The notes under the pieces were generated by a model that saw nothing but the letters and a program-made list of their open reading frames with translations, had not been told where the DNA came from and did no database searches. Made by a program: the position numbers and the translations under genes. Positions 1-9,972 of a stretch of DNA of 64,000 bases are shown one piece after another. Origin of the DNA: Pseudomonadota bacterium (GTDB taxonomy: Bacteria > Bdellovibrionota > Bdellovibrionia > Bdellovibrionales > Bdellovibrionaceae). The stretch lies in contig JBEGVH010000014.1 of NCBI GenBank assembly GCA_041178425.1, forward strand, positions 32,001 to 96,000, written 5' to 3'. Numbering within the stretch: the first letter of the stretch is position 1; the number at the start of each line of letters is the position of its first letter.

Positions 1-415
1 TCTGACCAAGCGTATTAATGAGAGCTTCTCGGAACAACCTTGCCCACTCACTCACTTTGATCGTGCCATCGAAAAATGTCAGCCCACCAGGAGAACCATG
101 CACCGCCAAAACCATATCTATGGCCTCGACCTGATGGTTGCCGATGAGTTCAATAAGCTTATTATTGATACTCGCGATATTCGCACCCGCATTGCGAAGT
201 AAGAACATTTTTTCATAAACCTTGGTTGTTGCCAACGACTGGCTAGGAATTTTCCAGGTCAAGGCCTCTAGCGGAACATAGATCGATGCTAGCTCTGGAA
301 GGCCTTGATGATCTAACTCACTCACAACCAAAAGCACTCGACTCTTAGCATGAGCTGAAAAACTGCAAAATAAAATCAGAAAGAGGGCAAAAACCCGCGT
401 TTTTAGGTTCTTCAT
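1..415 (-). CDS. Secreted hypothetical protein (runs off the left edge of the window)
   Basis: Not in the ORF track. The ATG at 415 overlaps the TolC stop (TAATG). The frame is open to the edge: MKNLKTRVFALFLILFCSFSAHA-KSRVLLVV...DMVLAVHGSPGG, with a signal peptide ending AHA. Confidence 0.75.
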   Translation of the reverse strand, partial: MKNLKTRVFALFLILFCSFSAHAKSRVLLVVSELDHQGLPELASIYVPLEALTWKIPSQSLATTKVYEKMFLLRNAGANIASINNKLIELIGNHQVEAIDMVLAVHGSPGGLTFFDGTIKVSEWARLFREALINTLGQ

Positions 416-2001
416 TAATGACCTCCCACAATCGAAGAAAAATCTTCCATGACTCGGCCAACTCGCTCACTCAAAAAGTGACCCTGACGAAAAACATCCC
501 AGGCACTCAGACGCAAATCGATGGAGTTTTGACTATGCAAGCCTTGAGTAGAATTTAAATCACCCTGCGCTTGAATAAGTTGCAATAAAAGTGACCTTCC
601 CTCGCGAAATCTTTTTTCCTCTAAATCCAATCTTTGATTTTGATCTTTTAAAGCCAGCTTCAATTGACCTTGATAAACAGACAATCGACGGAGGTTCGAA
701 CATTGAGCGACCCAAGCTGACTGGGCACTTCCTTTTTTTACAACTAACATTGAATTCGCTTTGAGTCGCGCAACTCTTGCCTCTAGAGCCTGAGCCTTTT
801 CTTGAGAGGAGAAAAAGTTCCAATCGAGCTGAACTCCGTAGGTGGTCACAGGATACTCACCGCGCGCGACTTCCTTTTGTGCATCGGAGGCCGAGGAATT
901 TCGTGATCCCCGCTTGATTGTGGCAAAGGCAGACACATCTGGCAGCAATCGACTTTTCGCGGCCAATTCCTGCGCTTCAGCCATGTCTCTCTCAATTGTG
1001 GCAAGTTGTATGTCGACACTTTCTGCTTCGACCCAACCACGCTCACAATGTTCGAGGGCCAACTCTGTTGGTTCATCGAGTTGAAGTGGCACTTGCAAAG
1101 GATCTATTTGTAACCATTCGGCGGGGAGTTCGAGCTGCGCTACAACCTCGTGCCAAATTTCACCCAACTTTTGTTGAGCCGCTATTTTTCTTTGTTCCGA
1201 CAAATTGAGTCCCACTTTAATTTGCAAAAAATCTGCCTGCTCAGTGTTGCCACGGCGAAATCGCTGTTCACTCACTCGGTAGAGTCGTAATTGCCGCTGA
1301 TAATCTTTGTCAGCCTGGCGAACCTGTTCTTGTGCCAACCATGCACCATAAAACGTTTTAAGAAGCCCAAAATACCAAACTTTTATAGCTTCTCTTGCTT
1401 GAATTTTTTGGCTTTCACTTTGCTTCTCAGCTTGAGTAAGACTGGCGCGAACGGCGCGTCCGAAACTATTTTTTAATAGATCTTGTTTAATCGATACAGA
1501 AACCTCTGGCATATACTCACTTCGATCTTTGAGAACACTATCGAAGGTTGGATTGCCCGTCGCTCCACCACCAAAATTCGTATTTAATTTCTTGTTGGTC
1601 CAATCAGCGGCAAAACTGGTTCCCGTTTGAAAGCTTTTATTAAATCCAAGGCTGGAGGCCTGCGAGATAACTTCTTCAGGAGAAAGAATCGTTTGAGGTT
1701 TACTCAAATCTCGTAACGATTGTTGTTTGGCCACTAAATGAAAATCAAGAAGCGCTTGCGAACGGAGCTTTGTTGCCTCGGGTAAAAACCACGATGCTGC
1801 CACAATCTTAAAGCTACTTGATTTGAGGGCATAACCAAGCACCACCTCAAAACTCACTTTTTGATCGGGCAACTCTTTTAAAAGAACTTCGAGCGGCTCT
1901 GCGGCGTTACTTTCGCGAGAAACACCTAGACATAGAAGAGAGACCAATACCACTCGTTTGAATTGTTTTTTAAAATAAGGAGTCTCTTCGTGTTGCTTCA
2001 T
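415..2001 (-). CDS. TolC-family outer membrane efflux protein
   Basis: Signal peptide and two helical OEP-like halves (SEQRFRRGNTEQADFLQ; EEKRFREGRSLLLQLIQAQ). Confidence 0.8.
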   Translation of the reverse strand: MKQHEETPYFKKQFKRVVLVSLLCLGVSRESNAAEPLEVLLKELPDQKVSFEVVLGYALKSSSFKIVAASWFLPEATKLRSQALLDFHLVAKQQSLRDLSKPQTILSPEEVISQASSLGFNKSFQTGTSFAADWTNKKLNTNFGGGATGNPTFDSVLKDRSEYMPEVSVSIKQDLLKNSFGRAVRASLTQAEKQSESQKIQAREAIKVWYFGLLKTFYGAWLAQEQVRQADKDYQRQLRLYRVSEQRFRRGNTEQADFLQIKVGLNLSEQRKIAAQQKLGEIWHEVVAQLELPAEWLQIDPLQVPLQLDEPTELALEHCERGWVEAESVDIQLATIERDMAEAQELAAKSRLLPDVSAFATIKRGSRNSSASDAQKEVARGEYPVTTYGVQLDWNFFSSQEKAQALEARVARLKANSMLVVKKGSAQSAWVAQCSNLRRLSVYQGQLKLALKDQNQRLDLEEKRFREGRSLLLQLIQAQGDLNSTQGLHSQNSIDLRLSAWDVFRQGHFLSERVGRVMEDFSSIVGGH

Positions 2002-2048
2002 CTATTGAAATGATGAACAACTTTAAGACCTTCGTCTATCAAATTTGT

Positions 2049-3884
2049 TTACTTAACAAAACCCGCGCGATCGTTTAACTCTTCCCACCTCTTATACAAA
2101 GCATCAATTTTCTCTTGCTGACACCCAATTGCTTCCGTGGCCTCTGCTAATTTATCGTATTGAGTGGTAATTTGAGAATCTTGAAGCTTTGTCTGCAGTG
2201 CCTGAAGTTCGTCTTCGGCTTTCTGAATCGTATTCTCCATTGCGTCGAGTTCTAGCTGTTCTTTATAGGTTAATTTCTTTTTAGGGACAGATTTCTCGCT
2301 CTCAGATCTATTTTGCGCATTGATCGGAGTTCCCGGTTTTACCATCGCCGAAGGCTCTGCCAGATTCTTTCTCCAATCTTCCCACTGAAAATAATCCGCA
2401 AACCTATGAATTCCGCCCGAATTATCGAAAGCCAATAATTCGGTTGCCACTTGATCCATGAAATATCGATCGTGGGTTACCAAAATAATGGCTCCCGGGA
2501 ATTCATCTAAAGCTTCCTGTAAAGTATCTAGAGTATCCACATCCAGATCATTCGTGGGCTCATCAAGAACTAAAACCTGCTCGGTTTGCAACATCATTTT
2601 GGCCAGTAGTAATCGACTCTGCTCCCCACCCGATAAGCGCTCTACAGGAAGGTCCATTTGCTCGGCCCGAAAATGAAACCGAGAAAGATAAGATCGAGCA
2701 AATACCGGCTGACCGTGCAAATGAACGTAGTCTCCATCGGGGCAAAGATTTTTGAGAACACTGAGTTTAAGTTCAAGGCTTTCCTTCTTTTGTTCGAAAA
2801 AAGAAAATTTCACGCCATCAGTCAGTTTAACCGTGCCACTGTCAGGCTTCGTTTGCCCGAGCAAAGTTCGAATCAAGGTTGATTTACCGCACCCATTGGT
2901 ACCAATAATTCCGACTCGGGCCTTGGCGGGCAAAATAAAGTCAAAATCATGGAAAAGAGTCTTTTCGCCATATTGTTTGGTAATTTTTTGAGCTTCAATG
3001 AGCTTTTTGGGAGAGCGTCCCACGTTCCCAAAATCGAACTTGGCAATTCTATCGCGGCGGCGATCCTGTAAAAGAGCCACTTCATCCGCCAGATCATGAG
3101 CTCTTTCGATACGAGCTTTTTGCTTGGTTTGTCGAGCTTTGGCTCCTCGACGTAACCACGCTGTTTCTTGGCGCAAAACATTTTTGCGCGAATCTTCCAA
3201 GCGCGCTTGAGCAGAGAGGAGAGATTCTTTAACCGCTAAAAAGTCGGCATAAGAACCCTCAAATTTAATTAACCCTTCTGGGTTTTTACGATCAAGGTCA
3301 AAAATTCGATCACACGTGTTTTGCAAAAACAACCGATCATGGGTGATCATCAATACAGCCAGTTGATTTTGCCTCTCAAGCCACTCTTCAAGCCACAAAA
3401 TGCTTTCGATATCGAGATGGTTCGTCGGCTCATCAAGGAGCAAAAGATTAGGCCGCTTGGCCATTTCTCTGGCTAGCGCCACTTTTTTCTGCCAACCACC
3501 TGAAAGCTCAGAAACCTTATGATCATACTCGAAACCGGCCTCATTAAATCCAAATTTAGCAATGAGCTCCCAGGCTAAGGCAATATTATCGGGCTCATCG
3601 GGATCATCCGTGGCATTCAAAAGCGCATCGTAAATAGTTTCTGTTGAGTTAAAATGAGGGTTTTGCTCCAAATAACCAAGTCGCAATCCCTGAGAAGAAC
3701 TGATTTGGCCTTGGTCGGGGGCGACGATTTTCGCTATGATTTTAAGGAGTGTTGATTTTCCTGCTCCATTAGGTCCAATGAGAGCCACTCGCTGACCATC
3801 ATCGACGGAGAAACTAATTTTTGTAAAAAGAGTTTGCGCACCAAAGGACTTCGACAACTGAAAAGCTGAAACTAAAACAGCCAT
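2049..3884 (-). CDS. uup: ABC-F family ATPase, Uup-like
   Basis: Two ABC cassettes (GPNGAGKST, LSGG, DEPTNHLD; GTNGCGKST, DEPTNDLD), WLRRGAKARQTKQKARI linker, C-terminal KKLTYKEQLEL coiled coil, no TM segments. Confidence 0.88.
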   Translation of the reverse strand: MAVLVSAFQLSKSFGAQTLFTKISFSVDDGQRVALIGPNGAGKSTLLKIIAKIVAPDQGQISSSQGLRLGYLEQNPHFNSTETIYDALLNATDDPDEPDNIALAWELIAKFGFNEAGFEYDHKVSELSGGWQKKVALAREMAKRPNLLLLDEPTNHLDIESILWLEEWLERQNQLAVLMITHDRLFLQNTCDRIFDLDRKNPEGLIKFEGSYADFLAVKESLLSAQARLEDSRKNVLRQETAWLRRGAKARQTKQKARIERAHDLADEVALLQDRRRDRIAKFDFGNVGRSPKKLIEAQKITKQYGEKTLFHDFDFILPAKARVGIIGTNGCGKSTLIRTLLGQTKPDSGTVKLTDGVKFSFFEQKKESLELKLSVLKNLCPDGDYVHLHGQPVFARSYLSRFHFRAEQMDLPVERLSGGEQSRLLLAKMMLQTEQVLVLDEPTNDLDVDTLDTLQEALDEFPGAIILVTHDRYFMDQVATELLAFDNSGGIHRFADYFQWEDWRKNLAEPSAMVKPGTPINAQNRSESEKSVPKKKLTYKEQLELDAMENTIQKAEDELQALQTKLQDSQITTQYDKLAEATEAIGCQQEKIDALYKRWEELNDRAGFVK

Positions 3885-5777
3885 CTAAATCTCAACCTGA
3901 ATGCCCATTTCAATCACTTGATTGGGAGGAATTCGGAAGAAGGCCGTCGGTCGTTGAGCGTTCTTGGTCATCACTGCAAAAAGCTTTTCACGCCAGATCG
4001 CCATTCCAGGAAACTTCGACGCTATGATGGTTTCGCGCCCAAGAACAAAAGTAGACTCTTCAACATGAAGATCCATTCCCTCGGCACGACAAGCTTCAAA
4101 AATATGACGTATTTTTGGAGTCTCCATAAAACCGTAGCGTGCGATGACTCGGAAAAAATTTTGTCCGAGATCTTGAACATAGACTCGCTCTTCTCTTGGA
4201 ACGGAGGGAACTTCTTCGGCCACAATAGTGAGAACAATTACCCTCTCGTGAATAATTTTATTATGCTTTAAATTATGAAGTAGCGGTACAGGAACACCCC
4301 AAGAGTCTGATGACATGTAAATACCAGTTCCGGGAACTCGCAATGGATGACTATCTCTAATTTTTGCAAGAAAATCCTCCATTGGAATAGAACGTGTTTT
4401 GAGCGCCTCGGCCAAAATTTTTCGTCCTTTTTTCCAAGTGGTCATTAGAAGATAAACGAGGGCTCCAACCAAGAGTGGCACCCATCCTCCATGGAAAACT
4501 TTTAAAACATTCGGAACAAAGAACAATAAATCAACAACAAGAAATATCATAAAAAGAACAGCCGCTGCTAATTGCGACCAATTCCAAAGCCTCACCGCAA
4601 CGATCCATGCTAAAACCGTGGTAAATATCATTGTTGCTGTGACAGCCAATCCGTAAGCAGAGGCTAATCGGCTCGAGCTTCCAAACTCCAAGACCAACCA
4701 AATAACACCAGCAAAAAGCGCCCAGTTAACGGCTGGAATGTAGATCTGACCGATCTCCCGACTTGATGTGTGGATGATTTGCAATCGAGGCGAGAAACCG
4801 AGCTGTACGGCCTGTCGGGTGAGAGAGAAAACTCCCGAGATCAAAGCTTGCGACGCAATGACTGTCGCCAGCGTGGCAACGACAACTAGAAACCCAAGCG
4901 CCCAATCTGGGGCCATTAAAAAGAACGGATTACTAATAGCTTCTGGACTTCTTAGAAGTAAGGCTCCTTGCCCCAAATAATTCAAGGCAAGTCCTGGCAA
5001 CGCTACCGAAAACCAAGCTAAGCGAATGGGATCTTTACCAAAGTGACCCATATCGGCGTAGAGAGCTTCACCTCCCGTAACCACGAGAACAACACTACCA
5101 AGAATTAGAGTCCCACCCAAACCATGATTTACTAAAAACTTAACACCATAAATAGGATTAAACGCAGCCAAAATATCCGGATTTTGTACAATCGAACTAA
5201 CACCTAAAACACCAAGAATAAAAAACCAAATCAGCAAGGTCGGACCAAAAACAACGCCGATGCGATGAGTTCCCGCCGCTTGAAATGCAAACAGAAAGGA
5301 AAGTATCACGCAGGTGATAGGCACAACCATATTATGGAAGGCCGGCGTTAAAACTTCTAGTCCCTCCACGGCACTCAGAACTGAAATGGCCGGAGTGATG
5401 ATTCCGTCGCCATACAACAATGCCGCTCCGGCTACCCCAACGATCAGAGTAAAATTAAAAAACAACCCTTCTTTGGGTAAACTCTTTTGTGCAAGGGCCA
5501 TCAAAGAGAGAATCCCGCCTTCGCCACGGTTATCGGCTCGCATAACAACGAACATATATTTAACACAAATACTTAAAATGAGCGCCCAAAGAATCAGAGA
5601 CAGAACGCCAAAAATATTGTCTGGAGTAATGGCCATTCCGTGCTCATGAGAAAAACATTCACGAAGGGCATACAAGGGAGACGTTCCGATATCTCCAAAA
5701 ACAATTCCAAGTGCTCCGAGCGAAAGACCTAACAATCCCGCTTTACCATGATGGGATGAATCTGAACGGTGTTCGAT
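3885..5777 (-). CDS. kup: KUP/HAK/KT potassium transporter
   Basis: GDIGTSPLY, ADNRGEGG, GDGIITPAISVLSAVEG and GGEALYADMGHFG motifs. Start uncertain: TTG at 5735 or SD-preceded ATC at 5777. Confidence 0.95.
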   Translation of the reverse strand: MEHRSDSSHHGKAGLLGLSLGALGIVFGDIGTSPLYALRECFSHEHGMAITPDNIFGVLSLILWALILSICVKYMFVVMRADNRGEGGILSLMALAQKSLPKEGLFFNFTLIVGVAGAALLYGDGIITPAISVLSAVEGLEVLTPAFHNMVVPITCVILSFLFAFQAAGTHRIGVVFGPTLLIWFFILGVLGVSSIVQNPDILAAFNPIYGVKFLVNHGLGGTLILGSVVLVVTGGEALYADMGHFGKDPIRLAWFSVALPGLALNYLGQGALLLRSPEAISNPFFLMAPDWALGFLVVVATLATVIASQALISGVFSLTRQAVQLGFSPRLQIIHTSSREIGQIYIPAVNWALFAGVIWLVLEFGSSSRLASAYGLAVTATMIFTTVLAWIVAVRLWNWSQLAAAVLFMIFLVVDLLFFVPNVLKVFHGGWVPLLVGALVYLLMTTWKKGRKILAEALKTRSIPMEDFLAKIRDSHPLRVPGTGIYMSSDSWGVPVPLLHNLKHNKIIHERVIVLTIVAEEVPSVPREERVYVQDLGQNFFRVIARYGFMETPKIRHIFEACRAEGMDLHVEESTFVLGRETIIASKFPGMAIWREKLFAVMTKNAQRPTAFFRIPPNQVIEMGIQVEI

Positions 5778-5969
5778 GACGAGACTCCTTTTAAGAGTGT
5801 TTTGAATGAGTAATCAATCGGGCTCTCTATCAATAAGAGTATGGTATGACCCAGATCATGTTCTGTCATGATCATTAACGTTATGCATTAGCACGAGATT
5901 GCTCTTTCCCTCTCTTTAAAACACTTCTATGGTTCCGCCAAGGGAAAAGACAATTTCGGAGGGGGATCA

Positions 5970-7319
5970 ATGAAACTGTTTTCAATTCTAATTCCAGCTA
6001 TTTGCGGACTAATGCTCTTATCGCCACAATCTTATGCACAACCCGTCTTTGATGAGGAGTTTTCATGCACCTCGAGCCAAAAGGCCGAGCAATATGTACG
6101 GGATTTTAATATCAATGTTAGAAGCTTTGGCGGAATGGAATTATGTGATGCTAAAGTTGATACCAAAAAACTCTTTAACGACCTACTAATTGTTGAAGAA
6201 GGGCGATTCGCCCCCCAGGCTTCGCATGCTCTCATTGGCAATTTTGTTGATTCCAATCGCTATTATCCTTGGCTCAAAGCTCAAACCGAGGGAATGAACA
6301 GAGGAAACGACGTGCCTTGGGCCACTGCTTATAACAGCATGGGCTACTTCACCATGCAGGATGGATGGGCAGGACTCTCCACTCTTGGCCGAGTCGGTGT
6401 TGTTGTTCACGAAGCTCGCCACACAGAAGGATATCGACACATTCCTTGTAATTTTGGTCCTTACGCAGGCAGCAGTCTTCCTGGTTGCGATGGCCGTTTT
6501 CTTGAAGGAGGGTCCCATGGCGTTGAAATGGAATACTACGCTAGAGTGGTTGTTTATGGTGAAAACTTTCACCCTCTTTATAAAAAAATGGCACGCCTCA
6601 TGGCGCTCGGTCGCTCCAATTTTGTATTCAATCAAAAGGTCATCCAACCCCGTGAGGCTCTCTTTTTAATTCGTAAAGATGGCACCGAAGCTCGCCTCAT
6701 CGATGGTGGTCGTGGGTTTCGTAGAGAGGTTTCTGGATCGGGTTTTCTCAAACGAAGCAGCTACGGCCCAGTTTTATTCACTCCTGATCAGGCCTTTTCT
6801 TTAGATGCCTACGATTGGCTGGGTGATACTCGCCCCACCGCGGATGGATATTCTTACTTTAAACTCCTCACTCTTCCCAAGGGACAACCCTCGGGACAAC
6901 CACCAAAAGACCTTGAGGAGCTAGATATTGGAAACAAAAGACTTCTCGCAAGCATCGATTACCAAGATCGTTTTGGCTTTTATAACTTTTCCAAGGGAGC
7001 TTGGGGCAACTTTCGACCTATTCCAGGAAAGCCTCTTGGCATTAAAACCCAATATAAGGATAAACAGGGACTATTTATCGTTCTCGATAACTTCAAAATT
7101 ATTCAATCTCTCCCTGAACAAGATCGCTTAGTTGAGACTACGATGGTTTGGGACGCCAACGACGTCAGTTATATGATGGGCCCTAACCGCGAAGTCCTTC
7201 AACTGAAGGCTGATGGCACCGTTCGCACTTTGGATGGAAATCTTTGGATTCCAACCCAAGATGCCCTTTGGGGACAGGCCGTTAATATTCCGCTCTACAA
7301 TGGATTTGATGTTCGCTAA
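5970..7319 (+). CDS. Secreted putative zinc metallopeptidase (HEARH) with C-terminal beta-rich domain
   Basis: Signal peptide, VVHEARHTEGYRH (HExxH plus a third His), SD GGAGGGGG. Confidence 0.6.
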   Translation: MKLFSILIPAICGLMLLSPQSYAQPVFDEEFSCTSSQKAEQYVRDFNINVRSFGGMELCDAKVDTKKLFNDLLIVEEGRFAPQASHALIGNFVDSNRYYPWLKAQTEGMNRGNDVPWATAYNSMGYFTMQDGWAGLSTLGRVGVVVHEARHTEGYRHIPCNFGPYAGSSLPGCDGRFLEGGSHGVEMEYYARVVVYGENFHPLYKKMARLMALGRSNFVFNQKVIQPREALFLIRKDGTEARLIDGGRGFRREVSGSGFLKRSSYGPVLFTPDQAFSLDAYDWLGDTRPTADGYSYFKLLTLPKGQPSGQPPKDLEELDIGNKRLLASIDYQDRFGFYNFSKGAWGNFRPIPGKPLGIKTQYKDKQGLFIVLDNFKIIQSLPEQDRLVETTMVWDANDVSYMMGPNREVLQLKADGTVRTLDGNLWIPTQDALWGQAVNIPLYNGFDVR

Positions 7320-8008
7320 TGAAAAAAACACTGGCCCTTTTAATTCCAGTTTTTCTCATTCTGGGTTTCTACCTTTTTGAAACCCAGAACAAACATTCCG
7401 CTTCGACAGAGGGAGATAATAAACTCTCTCCGCAAGCGAGTCTTCAAGAGGAACCTGCTGAAACTTCAGACCAACAAGACACCATGCAAGCAGACTCCGA
7501 CTTGGAGTGGAATGAGCATATTGAAAAACTCACTGGGCAAATTGGATCCCTTACTCCTTCACCAGAGGCCATCGACGAAGAAGTCTCTTCTTTTGCGAAT
7601 CGTTTAAAAGCCACTCAACTCTCATTGCTTTATAAAACCGTGATTTCAAAATACAAAAGTGGCGACGAAAAACTCCTTGCCGCTGAACTTCTGGCACGAT
7701 CACCACTCCCGGATTCTATTGAACATCTTAAAAACATTATTACCACCGCACCCGAATCGATCAGCGGTAGTGCGGCTCTTCAAGAGGAATTCCGCGCGAT
7801 TCAACTCCTTGCTATTGAGGGAATAACACAGAAGCCTTTGCTCCGAAATGAATCTGTTAAAGCTCTGCAGTCACTGCTTCCAGCCGTCGATAATTCATTT
7901 ATGCACGATAGAATCGCCAGAGGTCTAAGCGCTCTCCAAGGAAAAGCTCCCGCACTCGAGGATCAAGATCGCGAGGCTCTCCAAAAACTTCTTAAAATTC
8001 ACCGCTAG
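7319..8008 (+). CDS. Membrane-anchored helical (HEAT-like) hypothetical protein
   Basis: N-terminal TM, acidic linker, helical domain. Coupled to the upstream gene by a TAATG overlap. Confidence 0.65.
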   Translation: MKKTLALLIPVFLILGFYLFETQNKHSASTEGDNKLSPQASLQEEPAETSDQQDTMQADSDLEWNEHIEKLTGQIGSLTPSPEAIDEEVSSFANRLKATQLSLLYKTVISKYKSGDEKLLAAELLARSPLPDSIEHLKNIITTAPESISGSAALQEEFRAIQLLAIEGITQKPLLRNESVKALQSLLPAVDNSFMHDRIARGLSALQGKAPALEDQDREALQKLLKIHR

Positions 8009-8025
8009 CGAGAATCAAATGCTTT

Positions 8026-8610
8026 TTACTTGGTGTTTCTCTTCAACATGAGATGACGGGCATCCAACTTTTCTGAATGCAAAGCACGACAAAAAGCTTG
8101 AAAGCCGAGAACTTGTGATTTCAATAAATCGCTCGCTACTTTATCAGTCAATTCTCCTTGGGCCGTTAGATGCTTCCAAACATTGATAAGAAAAACTCGA
8201 TCTGGAAAAATGAAAGAATTTCGATAGCCAAAAACTTGTTGAAGATGCTCAACAGGTCTTAAACCACCAAACATTCCTCCGAGCCCCACAAAACAAACAG
8301 GACGATGCTCAAAGGAATCTGGGTAACTCCAAAAATCGATAAAATACTTCAGCGCCCCAGGCATAGAACCATTGTACTCAGGCACTACAACAATCAGACC
8401 TTCTGATTCATTGATTTTCTTGATCCAGTGAGCCACTGATTCAGGAAGAGTTTTTCCGTAAAATTCGCCTTTTAGTTCGTGCAGAGGAAGATCCTTCAGA
8501 TCAAGAATTTCAACCTCCTCATTTTGCTCCTTATACATCGACTGAATAACATCAGCAATTTTTCGGCTGTTTGAGTTTGGTCTATTCGTACCAACAAGAA
8601 TGTATTTCAT
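8026..8610 (-). CDS. NADPH-dependent FMN reductase
   Basis: GTNRPNSNS and PEYNGSMPGALK motifs. Confidence 0.9.
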   Translation of the reverse strand: MKYILVGTNRPNSNSRKIADVIQSMYKEQNEEVEILDLKDLPLHELKGEFYGKTLPESVAHWIKKINESEGLIVVVPEYNGSMPGALKYFIDFWSYPDSFEHRPVCFVGLGGMFGGLRPVEHLQQVFGYRNSFIFPDRVFLINVWKHLTAQGELTDKVASDLLKSQVLGFQAFCRALHSEKLDARHLMLKRNTK

Positions 8611-8705
8611 ATTTTTTACCTCGTTAAAAAACGCTTATCTCTTAAAAAAGAAAAAGACAAGCCCCTCATCGGGCGCCCATCCCCCAGCCTACTGCTGACA
8701 ATTTT

Positions 8706-9857
8706 TTAGGTTTTTAATACCTCAACATAGTGCTGTAGTAGTTTTTCCGTGGTCGATTTCCAATGAAATTGCTGACAATGACGTTTTCCATCTTCAATGC
8801 GAATCGCTCGATCGGAGGATGTCATGTGAGCGATCTTCAAGAGAGCATGAGCCATAGCTTCTTCATTATAGGGATCAACATAAATAGCGCCGGGCCCTCC
8901 CGCCTCTGGAAAACAACTCCCCTCGCTGGTCATTACGAGAGTCTCACTCATCATCGCCTCGACGATCGGTAACCCAAAGCCTTCAAAAAGCGAAGGATAA
9001 GTAACGGCACTCGCCTGTTCATAGAGCCTTGGCAAATCTTGGGAACTAACTCCTGCCATTATTTTCACTTGATCCTTAACCCCTAACGAGACCACCAAGT
9101 CTTCGATAGTTTTTTGCAGACCGCCTCTTCCCACTAAAACTAGCTGATGACCAGTTTCCTTAAATGTCTGAGCAAAAGTACGAACAAGACGAAGGATATT
9201 TTTTCGTTCTTCAAAAGCACCCACAAAAAGAAAATAAGGTGACGCTATCAAACGTTCTTGAACTTCCGCCGCATGCAATCTTTCACTTTTATAAAAGCGA
9301 GGGTGCACTGCCTGGTAGAGTATCTTAATTTTTTTCTCTGGAACTCCTACAAACTCTATCAAATCTTTTTTACTTTGCTCTGAGATAACCAAAACGGAGT
9401 CAGCCACCGAACAAGCATGTTTTACCTTTTTTAAATAAACAATCCGATCCCACCACGGATATAACTCTGGATACCGAATAAAAATCACATCGTGTATCGT
9501 TACCACCGTTTTTGTTTTTGAACGGCCTACAGACACATTCCATGGAAGATCATGGCTCAGACCATGATAAAGATCGAGATCAAGAGCGGGCCAGTCCCAA
9601 ACTTGTCCTACCCCCCGCCAAAATTCAGGAATCAATTTTTGTACGCCATGAGGTTCGATTCTACGAGCGAATTGCGGAGGCCAAGATTCGTATTCCGGTA
9701 ACGCCACCTTGGGTGTAAACAATGAAAGTTCAACGGCGTCGTTAGACCAATATAAAAGCCCTTCAATTAAAAGCCTTGAGTAGTTTCCCAGCCCACGAAA
9801 ATTACAGAAGGCTCTTTTAGCATCTAAACCAAGATGAATTTTTTGCGACCCCTTCAA
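8706..9857 (-). CDS. Glycosyltransferase family 4 (GT-B)
   Basis: VVTIHD, FVGAFEERKN, PSLFEGFGLPIVEAM. Confidence 0.92.
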   Translation of the reverse strand: MKGSQKIHLGLDAKRAFCNFRGLGNYSRLLIEGLLYWSNDAVELSLFTPKVALPEYESWPPQFARRIEPHGVQKLIPEFWRGVGQVWDWPALDLDLYHGLSHDLPWNVSVGRSKTKTVVTIHDVIFIRYPELYPWWDRIVYLKKVKHACSVADSVLVISEQSKKDLIEFVGVPEKKIKILYQAVHPRFYKSERLHAAEVQERLIASPYFLFVGAFEERKNILRLVRTFAQTFKETGHQLVLVGRGGLQKTIEDLVVSLGVKDQVKIMAGVSSQDLPRLYEQASAVTYPSLFEGFGLPIVEAMMSETLVMTSEGSCFPEAGGPGAIYVDPYNEEAMAHALLKIAHMTSSDRAIRIEDGKRHCQQFHWKSTTEKLLQHYVEVLKT

Positions 9858-9972
9858 AGCATTTCCTTTTCTTACTATGGGTAAACTCTCTCACCAAACT
9901 TTAGTCTTATCCTGTCTCAAATCGCGACGAGATACAATAGGCGTCAATTAGCTGCAGGGATATCGATATTTA

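Noticed and set aside
5889..5903. Sigma-54-like TAGCAC-GAGA-TTGCT
   Set aside because: Lacks GG and the spacer is one base short.
5790..5960. c-di-AMP (ydaO) riboswitch upstream of kup
   Set aside because: Consensus elements are not recognisable.
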